From contig CBDBFU010000028.1 of assembly GCA_965205025.1 (NCBI GenBank), positions 128,001-192,000 on the forward strand: 64,000 nt of DNA. Reading direction: 5' to 3'. The position numbers were made by a program, and so were the translations under genes. Source of the stretch: Candidatus Poribacteria bacterium (GTDB lineage: Bacteria > Poribacteria > WGA-4E > WGA-3G). Shown here one piece after another: positions 9,517 to 19,900 of this stretch (positions are counted from its first letter, which is position 1; every line of letters begins with the position of its first letter). The notes below the pieces were generated by a model. It was not told where the DNA came from, made no database searches, and was given only the letters and a program-made list of their open reading frames with translations.

Positions 9517-10956
9517 ATGGCACAAAAAAGAAAAGTAAATCCACGCAAAATTGATGTCAACACTCTACCAGGTGCAATGAAAAGACATATCGAACAACTT
9601 GGTATATCTTCAATAGATGAATATAAGAGTTGGTGTAAGAAGAATAACTTTAGTGCGGGTTTAAATAAAGATTCTCAACAACGACGTAATGAACTAAGTA
9701 AAATTGCCATACAGAAAATTGACGGTTTAATGTCAAATGAGAAAAGGTCTCGTAATCTGAAGGATGTCATACCAAAGATATATAATGGAGAATTAACACC
9801 TGATAAACTTAGAAATGATATTACCAAAGAAATCGCACAGATATTTCAAAATCAGGAACAATCAGAAAATCTTCTCAACCTATTATTGAATATTGAAGAA
9901 AAGTCTGAATTGTTAAATGATATAAGATTTGTTAAAGCAATACATACTATATCTAAGTATTCTAATAGATGGATCCGTCCTATACAAACATGGAAGGTGA
10001 AAAAACATAATCGAAATAGACAGTTCGCTAATTTACTACGTCACCTGTTTGTTGCCTATGATATGCCTGCATTTATGGATAATGTGTGGTTTACAGATAA
10101 TTCATCCCATCATGGATGGTATATTCACATTGGATCTGGGCAGAATATTAGATCAGCACCTGATTTTCCAGTGCCTCTAACAAAGAAAATGGCACATCAT
10201 TTTCTTAAGGCACCAAAACAGTATTCTATAGAGGAAGCAATCCGATGGGGACAGGTTCAGGCACTTGGTGGGGATAAACGACTGACGGATGCACTGCGAG
10301 AAACACACCTAATTACTAATTTTTCTAACGACGATTTTTGGTTAAGTGTTATTCGGTTTTTTATAGCGAATCCTATGTTAGATGTAAGTCATGTTAATCC
10401 AATTGTTGATTTCATTCAGAATCAAAAATTTACTATCAGACAGATTATAGTTAATAGAGGTGAAGCAGAAGAGATTGATCCTCCCCAACCCAATTTTACA
10501 ATGAAAGGTAGAACTGCTGAAACACTTTTACATCAAGTGAATGAATGGCATCGACAACTCGGTAGAGAAACACGGGGTGGACATTTTCAGTGGACACGAT
10601 CCAATATCGGCGAGGTACAGATAATACAAGGAAGTAAGGAGAAGGAGAGAATTTGGGAAATTCGAGAACTTCTAAGCTCTAACGAGTTAATAGACGAAGG
10701 ACGAAGAATGAATCATTGTGTTAGCACCTATGGAAAATCTTGCCACGCTGGAAAAACATCAATTTGGACATTAGAAGTAAATGAGAAAGATAAAATTAGA
10801 AAGGCCTTAACTATTGAAGTATTATTGGCAACTAAACTGATTCGTCAAATTCGGGGGAAAAGTAACAGGTTACCAACATTGAGTGAAAAGAATATTATTT
10901 TGCAATGGGCAGCAAGTGAAGACCTTAAAATTGCTGAATATGTAAGATTTGTGTAG
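9517..10956 (+). CDS. PcfJ domain-containing protein
   Basis: C-terminal ELxxEGxxMNHCVxxY...TIEV...QIRGKSNRLP motif; GGAGG RBS. Confidence 0.8.
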   Translation: MAQKRKVNPRKIDVNTLPGAMKRHIEQLGISSIDEYKSWCKKNNFSAGLNKDSQQRRNELSKIAIQKIDGLMSNEKRSRNLKDVIPKIYNGELTPDKLRNDITKEIAQIFQNQEQSENLLNLLLNIEEKSELLNDIRFVKAIHTISKYSNRWIRPIQTWKVKKHNRNRQFANLLRHLFVAYDMPAFMDNVWFTDNSSHHGWYIHIGSGQNIRSAPDFPVPLTKKMAHHFLKAPKQYSIEEAIRWGQVQALGGDKRLTDALRETHLITNFSNDDFWLSVIRFFIANPMLDVSHVNPIVDFIQNQKFTIRQIIVNRGEAEEIDPPQPNFTMKGRTAETLLHQVNEWHRQLGRETRGGHFQWTRSNIGEVQIIQGSKEKERIWEIRELLSSNELIDEGRRMNHCVSTYGKSCHAGKTSIWTLEVNEKDKIRKALTIEVLLATKLIRQIRGKSNRLPTLSEKNIILQWAASEDLKIAEYVRFV

Positions 10957-10981
10957 TATAATTTCTATATTATTAGAATAA

Positions 10982-11137
10982 TAACGTGAGTTTGGTAAAA
11001 GTCCATTGTAGCGTAAACTTTCCAGTTTGCGCACATAGACCACAAACTGCAAAGTTTGTGGTACAAGAACAGTAAGGTGTGCCTTCCAAGAAAGGACATG
11101 TTTTGAGCTGATGCCATTTATTATCAAACTGGCGTTA
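10982..11137. repeat. REP doublet bracketed by inverted repeats (MITE/REPIN-like)
   Basis: TAACGTGAGTTTGGTAA ... TTATCAAACTGGCGTTA (14/17 IR) around TGTAGCGTAAACT..AGTTTGCGC and CACAAACT..AGTTTGTGGTACA. Confidence 0.65.
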
Positions 11138-11246
11138 GAATAGTGTCAAAAGTTTAGTATGATTTTAAAACTAAGATATTTATGTAACGGACTATATTGT
11201 TGCACATAAGATGCATCAACAGTCATGTTTAATTCGGAGGAATAGA

Positions 11247-12692
11247 ATGGCAAAAAGAAGAAAATTGGATCCTCGAAAGACAGATATAAATACCTTACGA
11301 AGTGGCATGAAAAGACATTTCGAACAACTCGGACTGTTTTCAATAGAGGAATATAAGATGTGGTGTCGTGAACATAACCTTAGTTGTGGTTTAAATAAAA
11401 GTTCACGACAACTTCGTGATGAACGAGACCTGATTACTACAAAAAAATTAGATGGGTTAATGACGGCTGAGAAGAAATCACGTAATTTGAAGGAAATCAT
11501 ACCAAAAATACATAATGGTGAATTAACTGCTGATGAAATAAGGAATGATATTGCCAGGGAAATTGCACAAGTATTTCAAAATAATGGACAAAGTGATGTA
11601 CTTGTCAACTTGATGATGTACCTTGAAGAAAACTCTGAGTTATTTGAAGATAGAACATATATTAGAGCAATACATTCAATTTCAAAGTATGCCGATAGAT
11701 GGATCCGTCCACTTGAGACATGGCGTGTTAAAAGACATAATCGAAATAGACAGTTTTCTGATCTACTAAGACATCTATTTGCTGTTTATGATATTCCATT
11801 ATTTATGGATAGTGTTTGGTTAACGGATAATTCCTCCCATCATGAATGGTATATTCACATCGGATCTGGTCAAAATATAAGATCTGCTCCTGATCTTCCA
11901 GTAACCCTTACCAAAAAGATGTCACATCACTTCCTATCGGCACCAAAACACTATACTGTTGAAGAGGCAATTCGTTTGGGACAGGTTCATGCTCTCGGTG
12001 GGGATAAACGACTGATGGAAGCGCTCCGAGGAACACACCTTATACCGGATTTTACTAACGACGAATTTTGGTTGAGTGTAATACGATTCTTTATAGCGAA
12101 TCCTATGTTGGACCTAAATCAGGTGAATCCAATACTTGATTTTATTTGGAATCAGAAATTTGAGAACCAGCAGGTATTTGTTGAGAGAGGCGTTGTAGAG
12201 GAAATTGTTCCTCCGCAACCAAACTTTACTATGAAAGGTAGAACAGTTAAGACTCTCTTACATCAAATGAACGATTGGCATCGTCAACTTGGTAAAGAAA
12301 CCCGTGAAGGAGAATTTCAATGGAAACGGTCTGATATTGAGGAGTTATATCGAATAAAAGGAAAGAAAAAGAAAAAGGATATGAAAATTTGGAAAATACG
12401 GGAACTCCTTAGTACACAAGAGCTTAGATACGAAAGTCGTAAATTAAATCATTGTGTTAGTTCCTACGGAAAGTCCTGTCATGCAGGGAAGACATCAATT
12501 TGGACATTAGAAAAAGAAGAAAATGATGAACTTAATAAGTTATTGACTATAGAGGTGTCATTACCTGATAAGGTGATACGTCAAGTGCGTGGCAATCGGA
12601 ACAGACTACCTACATTGAGTGAAAAGAGTATACTAACACAGTGGGCAACAAAGGAAAATCTCAGAATGTCTGGTTATGTAAGATTTGAATAG
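11247..12692 (+). CDS. PcfJ domain-containing protein, tandem paralogue
   Basis: Colinear with 9517..10956; NHCVSSY motif; start moved to MAKRRK after GGAGG RBS. Confidence 0.8.
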   Translation: MAKRRKLDPRKTDINTLRSGMKRHFEQLGLFSIEEYKMWCREHNLSCGLNKSSRQLRDERDLITTKKLDGLMTAEKKSRNLKEIIPKIHNGELTADEIRNDIAREIAQVFQNNGQSDVLVNLMMYLEENSELFEDRTYIRAIHSISKYADRWIRPLETWRVKRHNRNRQFSDLLRHLFAVYDIPLFMDSVWLTDNSSHHEWYIHIGSGQNIRSAPDLPVTLTKKMSHHFLSAPKHYTVEEAIRLGQVHALGGDKRLMEALRGTHLIPDFTNDEFWLSVIRFFIANPMLDLNQVNPILDFIWNQKFENQQVFVERGVVEEIVPPQPNFTMKGRTVKTLLHQMNDWHRQLGKETREGEFQWKRSDIEELYRIKGKKKKKDMKIWKIRELLSTQELRYESRKLNHCVSSYGKSCHAGKTSIWTLEKEENDELNKLLTIEVSLPDKVIRQVRGNRNRLPTLSEKSILTQWATKENLRMSGYVRFE

Positions 12693-12839
12693 TCTATTTT
12701 TAGATGGTAGATTCTACATCTCAACATTAAGTTATCAGAACAATAGTTATACAATGTTGATTTTACAAAAGGGTTATGGTAAACTTCTAAACACAATCTT
12801 CAGGTGAGAAGAAATTGATTTTTACAAGGAGGATACATA

Positions 12840-13070
12840 ATGGAACATTCTAACACAATGCAGGAAATTGTAGAACGATTAGGAAAACTAACACCATTAC
12901 AACAGAAGCAAATTCTGAATAATATACTCACACTTTTAGGAGAACCCATTAAAGGTACTACTGGTGAGGAATTGCTTAAATTTGTTGGTTTGATTTCAAA
13001 AGAGGACTTAAAACTAATGAAGCGTGCTATTGAGAAGGATTGCCGACAGATTGATGTCTCAGAATGGTAA
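12840..13070 (+). CDS. Putative antitoxin of a VapBC pair
   Basis: 76-aa ORF with AGGAGG RBS overlapping a PIN toxin start. Confidence 0.7.
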   Translation: MEHSNTMQEIVERLGKLTPLQQKQILNNILTLLGEPIKGTTGEELLKFVGLISKEDLKLMKRAIEKDCRQIDVSEW

Positions 13071-13449
13071 TTATCTCTTGGATACAAATATTGTTATAGA
13101 ATTATTCAATGGCAACAATACAATTCTCCATAAAATGCAAAATGGGGGTAACTTCTTTTTAGCTTCACCAATGATTGGGGAACTTTATTATGGTGTACAG
13201 AAATCGGATAAAATCACAGAAAACCTAAATAGAGTTGACAGTTTTATTGAAAATCATATGATTCTATCTTGTGATTTGGTTACTGCACAATGGTATGGAA
13301 TCATTAAAAACGAATTACGTATAAAAGGCACTCCAATTCCAAATAATGACATTTGGATCGCTTCTGTGGCAATGCAGCATGAATTAATCTTGGTGACACG
13401 TGATTCACATTTTGATGAAGTGGAATCTCTACAAACGGAACGCTGGTAG
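13054..13449 (+). CDS. vapC: VapC family PIN-domain toxin
   Basis: YLLDTN, GELYYG, GTPIPNNDIWIA, LVTRDSHF. Confidence 0.92.
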   Translation: MSQNGNYLLDTNIVIELFNGNNTILHKMQNGGNFFLASPMIGELYYGVQKSDKITENLNRVDSFIENHMILSCDLVTAQWYGIIKNELRIKGTPIPNNDIWIASVAMQHELILVTRDSHFDEVESLQTERW

Positions 13450-13605
13450 ATTTTAGAATGAATTAGACAGAAGTTATACATACCATAAAAGACAATAATA
13501 TATATATATAGAGTTTAATCAACACCATTAATAAAAAATAAGGTAAGAATTATACTTTTCTGTTGGTTTCAATTATAGGTTGGGATGTAAAAAAATCTGG
13601 AAAAC

Positions 13606-13655
13606 AATACTAATGGAGCAAACGAGAAAAGAAATCCGTCTTCTCCATTAGTATT
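13606..13655. terminator. Hairpin between convergent vapC and dctP
   Basis: AATACTAATGGAG ... CTCCATTAGTATT 13-bp stem. Confidence 0.5.
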
Positions 13656-13670
13656 ATCAATATTACTAAT

Positions 13671-14705
13671 CTACTTCTTACTTCTATATTCCATCAACAA
13701 CTTATTGATCTTATCAAGAAACTCCTGAGAATAGATTTCACCTACAAGAGCATTGTGGGTTTCAACGGAATATGTATCCCATGCTTCTATTGAATCCTCT
13801 TCAAATTCCACAACTTGTATTCCAGCCTTCTTCTTGAGTGCTTCAATAGCTTTTTCATTATCTGCCCTAATATCCTGAATCAAACCAGCCTGGAATTTAT
13901 CTCCAACTTCAAGTATGACTTTCTGTTGATTAGGTGTTAATTTATCGAACTTTTCCTTTGTAACTACTGTTGCACCAACTCCAACACTTACAGGAAAGTT
14001 TGTCATATACTTAAACTGTGGATACCATTGAAGTGCAACTGTAACATAAGGAGAAGCAGTAAGCGTATTAATCTGTCCAGAATTAAGAGCAGAGATAACC
14101 TGTGTTACCTCCCTTGGTACAGTTGCAATATTTGCTCTCTTATAAAATTCAAGACCAATTCTATCGCTTGTCCGTACCCACATCTTCACATCTGAGGCTT
14201 GTAAGTCTTTAATATTTCTAATCGGCTGGTTACTAAATATATAATAGAAACCTATGTCTCCCATCCCAATTAGAACATAACCTTTTTCTAAGAAGACATT
14301 ATATAAGTCATCCCGTAGGTGATCACGTACGTAATCCAATTCTTCATAGGTCTTGAAAAGACGAGGTAACTGGAAAATAAGCACTTCTTGATTTATCTCA
14401 CCAAGTCCGGTCGCTGTCATAGCCCCCGAGTGAAGTGCACCGACACGCATTTTACTGATGACATCCAGTTCATCTCCCATCACACCATTTGCATAAAAAC
14501 GGAATTTGATTTCACCATCTGTGTTCTGTGTAATCTCTTTACCCATTGCAGCAAAGTTGTTCATCCACGTTGACCCTTTTGGAGCAAGCGTGGCGAACTT
14601 AATAGATTCAACAGCGTATACATCTATACATACACTACATAAAAATAGAATGATATAAAGGAAAGATGTGATACGCGTTTTCTTATTCAAGTATTGATAA
14701 TTCAT
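13671..14705 (-). CDS. dctP: TRAP substrate-binding protein DctP (TatP type)
   Basis: IKFATLAPKGSTW, GVMGDELDVISKMRVGAL; adjacent to tatT. Confidence 0.88.
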   Translation of the reverse strand: MNYQYLNKKTRITSFLYIILFLCSVCIDVYAVESIKFATLAPKGSTWMNNFAAMGKEITQNTDGEIKFRFYANGVMGDELDVISKMRVGALHSGAMTATGLGEINQEVLIFQLPRLFKTYEELDYVRDHLRDDLYNVFLEKGYVLIGMGDIGFYYIFSNQPIRNIKDLQASDVKMWVRTSDRIGLEFYKRANIATVPREVTQVISALNSGQINTLTASPYVTVALQWYPQFKYMTNFPVSVGVGATVVTKEKFDKLTPNQQKVILEVGDKFQAGLIQDIRADNEKAIEALKKKAGIQVVEFEEDSIEAWDTYSVETHNALVGEIYSQEFLDKINKLLMEYRSKK

Positions 14706-14719
14706 TAGTTAATTACTCC

Positions 14720-15613
14720 TTATTCAATTTCAGAATCAAACAGTTCATCAATTTGTGATAGCCAACGTTTTGATCGAGATTTTGCAAGAGATGTTGCTGC
14801 ATTTTCTCCAGGATATATATCGTCGGGGGCATCAATGACAGCCTGCAATGATTTCCTGTAAAGTTCTTCATCCAATTTAGGATATGCATAATATCGTGCA
14901 AGATAGAACTTACTCATAAGGAATTTTCCATCATTGATTTCATCTACTCGGTCAATATGTTCCTTTGCTTTATTCAGATCACCGCCAATAGAAGGGGGAC
15001 GATCTCCATAGTAGACGGCATAGAATAGATGTGCACTCCCGAAATAAAAGGACTCATCTAATTCTAAAACACGTCGCATCATCATTTCCACACGAGCAAG
15101 GTCGATCACTTGCATGGGGTCATCTTTTTGGAGACTGATTCCTCTGGCGATAGAATAGGCTAACCAGAACATTGGTTCAACATCCTTCTTCTTTACCCTT
15201 TGGATTGCGCTTTCAAGCAATTCCAAATCGACAGTTCTGACATCCTTAAAGGTCTTATCAGATTTACGCAATGCTTTGATAGCATACATTTCTGATTTCT
15301 TGTAGTTTTCAATTGCTTGTTCGCGCATATCTTCTGCTGTATCATAATCACCTGCAATTTCTGCATCCTCCATTTTATCTTCAAGAAATCCGCTATAAGA
15401 AGAGAATGCACGTGATGTTTTTACAATTAGTGACTTGTTCCCTGTTTTGGCTAATCCTTCGAGGGTCCCTAAGTTTTTCTCAAGGGTAGATTCAACAACC
15501 ATCAAGTCACCCTCCTGTTGGATTTTTGATAATTTACTCAAACCACACCCAGTGACTAAGAATGGTATAATAAACAATAGAGATATACGATAAAAAATAA
15601 AATTGTTTTTCAT
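14720..15613 (-). CDS. TRAP transporter TatT component lipoprotein
   Basis: Lipobox LVTGC; RVLELDESFYFGSAHL and RPPSIGGD motifs; upstream of dctP. Confidence 0.82.
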   Translation of the reverse strand: MKNNFIFYRISLLFIIPFLVTGCGLSKLSKIQQEGDLMVVESTLEKNLGTLEGLAKTGNKSLIVKTSRAFSSYSGFLEDKMEDAEIAGDYDTAEDMREQAIENYKKSEMYAIKALRKSDKTFKDVRTVDLELLESAIQRVKKKDVEPMFWLAYSIARGISLQKDDPMQVIDLARVEMMMRRVLELDESFYFGSAHLFYAVYYGDRPPSIGGDLNKAKEHIDRVDEINDGKFLMSKFYLARYYAYPKLDEELYRKSLQAVIDAPDDIYPGENAATSLAKSRSKRWLSQIDELFDSEIE

Positions 15614-15775
15614 AGGTTTATATTTATCTCCTATACTTTTTAAATTAAAGAAAATCATTTGAACTCGCTATATTATATAAATTAATGGAATAAAAAGAGA
15701 GGAATATCGGTGTCCTGAATTAGATAATGTAATTTTACTTCAAGATTAAGAATCTATAAATTACAGATTGTTTTC

Positions 15776-16852
15776 TCAAGATAGAAAAGGTAACACAGCA
15801 ATTGTTCCAGTTATATGACCATCTGATACTTCAAGTTGTACTACACATCCTTGATCAGTATACGCCATACGAACATACCCAAGTGCAATCTGTTTTTCAA
15901 GGGATGGAGAATAAGTAGAACTGGTTACCCAACCAATTTCTTTATCAGCATCATATATTTTTGTATTTTCAGGTATTAGTGATTCAGATTTAATTTCAAT
16001 TCCACGTAATAATCTATTTGGATGACCACGATATTTCATTCTGGCAACTATTTCTTGTCCTATATAGCATCCTTTCTCAAAATCAATAGCATAGTCTAAT
16101 TCCGCTTCCAATGGGATTACTGAATCAGTTAATTCCTTTGAATACAGAGGGGTTCCAGCTTCAATTCGTAAAGATTCTTGGGTCTGATATCCAAACGGAG
16201 TGACATTAGATCTATTCGAAGTCAACGAATTCCAAAGTTCCTCTAAATTGCCAGATGAAGTAATAATTTGGAATCCCATTCCACCGAAAAAATCTGATCT
16301 TATGCAAAGTATCCTATCAGTATTGAATTCAACACTAACTGAGCCATATTCAGTTAAACTATCCAAATTTTCAGTATTTAACACAGATTCAACTAATTCA
16401 CTTGCCTTCGGACCCACAACTCCGATAATACCAACATCTGTTACCTTTTTCAATTCTACATCATCAGCAATGATATACTTGTCTAATTCTGTGAAAAGAC
16501 TGTCAATTGCTTGTGGAGCAGTAATTAAATAGATAGACTCTTCAAGATTATAGACGTTGATATCTGCTATTATTTTACCACGATGTGTTAAAAGTGTGGC
16601 ATAATTCCCATCACCAACACTTAGATTCTCGACGTCGTTGGATATAAGTCTATGAAGAAAACTTGCTCTATCCTCCCCCGTCAATTCTAACACACCTTGG
16701 AATGAAATATCAGTAATCCCAACATCACTTCTTACTGCTAAATGCTCGGCTATAGGATCAGAATAATGTAAAGGTAATGTCCAACCATCAAGACTTTCTG
16801 CAAAAGTAGCGTCAAGTTTACTGTGAAGGTTATACAAGGGTGTCGTTTTCAT
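15776..16852 (-). CDS. Folate-binding aminomethyltransferase family protein (YgfZ/GcvT-like)
   Basis: KTTPLY, LRIEAG, YgfZ signature KGCYIGQE, VTSSTYSPSL. Confidence 0.88.
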   Translation of the reverse strand: MKTTPLYNLHSKLDATFAESLDGWTLPLHYSDPIAEHLAVRSDVGITDISFQGVLELTGEDRASFLHRLISNDVENLSVGDGNYATLLTHRGKIIADINVYNLEESIYLITAPQAIDSLFTELDKYIIADDVELKKVTDVGIIGVVGPKASELVESVLNTENLDSLTEYGSVSVEFNTDRILCIRSDFFGGMGFQIITSSGNLEELWNSLTSNRSNVTPFGYQTQESLRIEAGTPLYSKELTDSVIPLEAELDYAIDFEKGCYIGQEIVARMKYRGHPNRLLRGIEIKSESLIPENTKIYDADKEIGWVTSSTYSPSLEKQIALGYVRMAYTDQGCVVQLEVSDGHITGTIAVLPFLS

Positions 16853-16905
16853 CAATCTCCTAAATTCAACTACTACTTTAAGTAGGATATTATATTACAA
16901 TTATA

Positions 16906-19900
16906 CTAAAACATGCGTTCTAAACGTAATATAATTGGATATGCTTTTAAATAATAAGACTTGTTGACAGGAAAGGCAAATTCAATAGCAGCACTAAATG
17001 GGTTAAAACCTTTCGGGGGACTAATATAACATGATAATCCTAAACCGATTGATGTATAAAAATTCCTCAGAGAAGAATCTGGGAAAGGATTTTCTCCATA
17101 CTCCCAAGTTTTTCCTGAATCCATAAACACACATAGAGACATACCAATTGCTGCATCAGAACTGGGGTCTATGAGAATTTCATTAAGTAGTCGGTATTCA
17201 ACATTCAATAGAACTCTATTGTCTCCAGCAAATGCATTGAGTGGATATCCGCGTAGGGTGGTAAAACCTCCAAGATAGAGAATTCGTTGTCTTGGTAATA
17301 TATTATCTGAAAAATCACCTGCAATTCTGATATTGATGTTATGAGGTCCAGATACCTTGGTGTATTTATTCACTTCAAAACTGTAAAGTCTATATGAGAA
17401 ATCTCCACCAAGCGATTTTCCTGCAGTCTGAACTCCTATATTACCACGCCAACCACGACGATTACGTTCATTTGGCCATAGAATCAACTCCCCACCAAAT
17501 TGATCTGTTCTACCAGTGAGTGATTTCCTGTCCCGTGTATCAAAGGTATAACTCAACGATAATATACTTTGTTGTCCATCTTCAATACGTAAATTTCCGT
17601 TTTTCACTCGACTTCTAAAGAAATAACTCCAATCAGTCGTTTTTGCAAGATTGTCATGTTGCTCATGCCGATACCCTAAACGGAATTGCGATATATTTCC
17701 AATTGGTTTAGAGAACCAATATTGTGTCCCCATACGTTCATAATAGTTTTCAGAGGAAGATCCATAAAGAGCACCCAAAAGATCAATATCTGCTGGTCTT
17801 AACCTAAATACTTGTGTACTTGAATCTGTTAATCTATATAGACCTATACCAAATTTCATAGGAAAAAAATCAAACACTTCATCTTCAATTCCAAATCGAT
17901 AATTCCATTTCTCACTTGTAAAACCTCGTCTAACTGAAACGAAGAGTTGTTCATTACCCCAAACTTGTGTAGACAGAGTACCACCTGCACCAAGCGTAAT
18001 TCCATGAACTCGGTTAAACCCAAAAATAGGAAACCAACCAGGTTGAAATCTCGGTTGTTCTTCTATATCAATTATTAGTAGATTCTTACCACCTTCACGT
18101 TGCACATACCAATCTCGAATTGACTTAAACTCATCATTGTCCTTACTCAACTTTTTCTTAAGGTCATTTATTTTTGACTGTCCCAGAGAGTGAAAGAAGA
18201 CTTCATCCTTATCGAATTCAAAAGCTTCTTTCAAATCGTATTGTGATATACGACGATTTCCAGTAAAACGAATTTCATCTACATAACCTTCCTTAATATT
18301 TAAGATAAATTCATCATTCTTAATCTGATCGGTTACCTTGGCAAAAGGAAATCCTCTATTAATATAAAAATCCTCAACCATTTGCTTCTTTAAGTTGATA
18401 CTTGAATCAACAAGATATCCATCCCTAATGTTAAACCAATTCATGATAAAACTGGATGGAAAATACTTATTACCATCTATGTTAATTTTTCTAATATATT
18501 TTATATGAGCTTCAGTTATATCTAATTGTAGATTCACCTTTAATGAGGAACTATTTTGATGATTGAAATCTTTCCCATTTGTGTTGGCTGTATCAGCTCT
18601 ATTATTAGATAAATCCTGTTCTGAATTCACTTGTTCTTTATTTTCTTTATTCTCTACAAGTGTCGATTGTAATCTTACCCCTTTAAACCAGTCAATAGTA
18701 GATAATTCATCTAACATCCAACTGAGTTGTACATTAGAGATTATATTTCCAGTAGAATAGGGTAGACGTTTCATTATGATATCAGGTGGAATTGTATTGT
18801 TTCCCTTTATGTCAATAGAAGAAATTTCCAAATTATTAGCATAAGTGTATGATTCATCTATATTTTCATTCTTATCGAAAATCAGTATACCCATAACTTC
18901 TCTCGAATGAGGCCACCAAGGATGTTCTTCATTGTGTATTGGAAGCCAATAACTATATTCTCTTTGAGTTATTCTATCTATACTTTGATTATCTTTCAGA
19001 CTTCCTTGTGCCTTTCGGTGGATATTTAATAGCCAGGTATTTGAGTCTATGTCATCTTCAGGTCTCCGTTTTATGGCAAGTTCCAAACTCCAAAAGCTGG
19101 AATTAATCTTGGTTTCCGCAATAACATCTGAATTCCATGAACTATCACCTTTAAAATTCACATAGTTATGTTTAAGATTAATTTTTCTTGTATTATTTGG
19201 ATGGAATTTAATAGTAGGATAACCTACTTTTTCAACCAATTGATCAAATACTGCCCCAATAGGATTGATTACAATATGTTGATACCTCTCTGTATCTGGA
19301 TTCATATCAAGGAGTATCTCTATGCATTCATCTTCCCATATAGGAGAATCCAATTGTGTTTGTGATACTCTGGGGATTATATTGTTTTGAATGTATATTT
19401 TAGCCCCAATATAAAAGAACTTTTCATCGTACATTAATGACACATCTGTTTGAGAATCAATTCCTTCTTTACCATCATGACTTTGGAATGGAGTTAATTG
19501 AGTAGAATAAAACCATGCTTTCTCAGATAAATTCCCATCAATTTTAGGACGAATTGATGTCTTAGGAATGTTGATATTTATAATTGAGGACATGTCATCT
19601 AAAATATCAGATTGAGAATCATCGGTAGTTCCTTGAAGGGTTGGAGCTGGTAGAATAGAAATCATTCCTGTCGAAGTCAAATTGAGTAATGGTCCACCAT
19701 CATTTATAAGACCCGAATTATCGTCAATTTCTGCTGGCACGTTAACTACAATTTGTTCTTTAACACTATTATATGAAAGATCAGCAGGGTAATCTTTAGG
19801 AAGTAGTAAACGGATCCCCCCACCAAGTGCAGTTAATTTTAATGGTGCAGCAAGGTTATCAAGGACGATGAGTTCAATTGAACCGTTTCTTGTTGTAATA

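Noticed and set aside
9517-13449. Prophage or ICE
   Set aside because: No integrase, relaxase, conjugation or structural genes, and no att repeats at the borders
15776-16852. True gcvT
   Set aside because: KGCYxGQE is the YgfZ signature, and no gcvH/gcvP are adjacent
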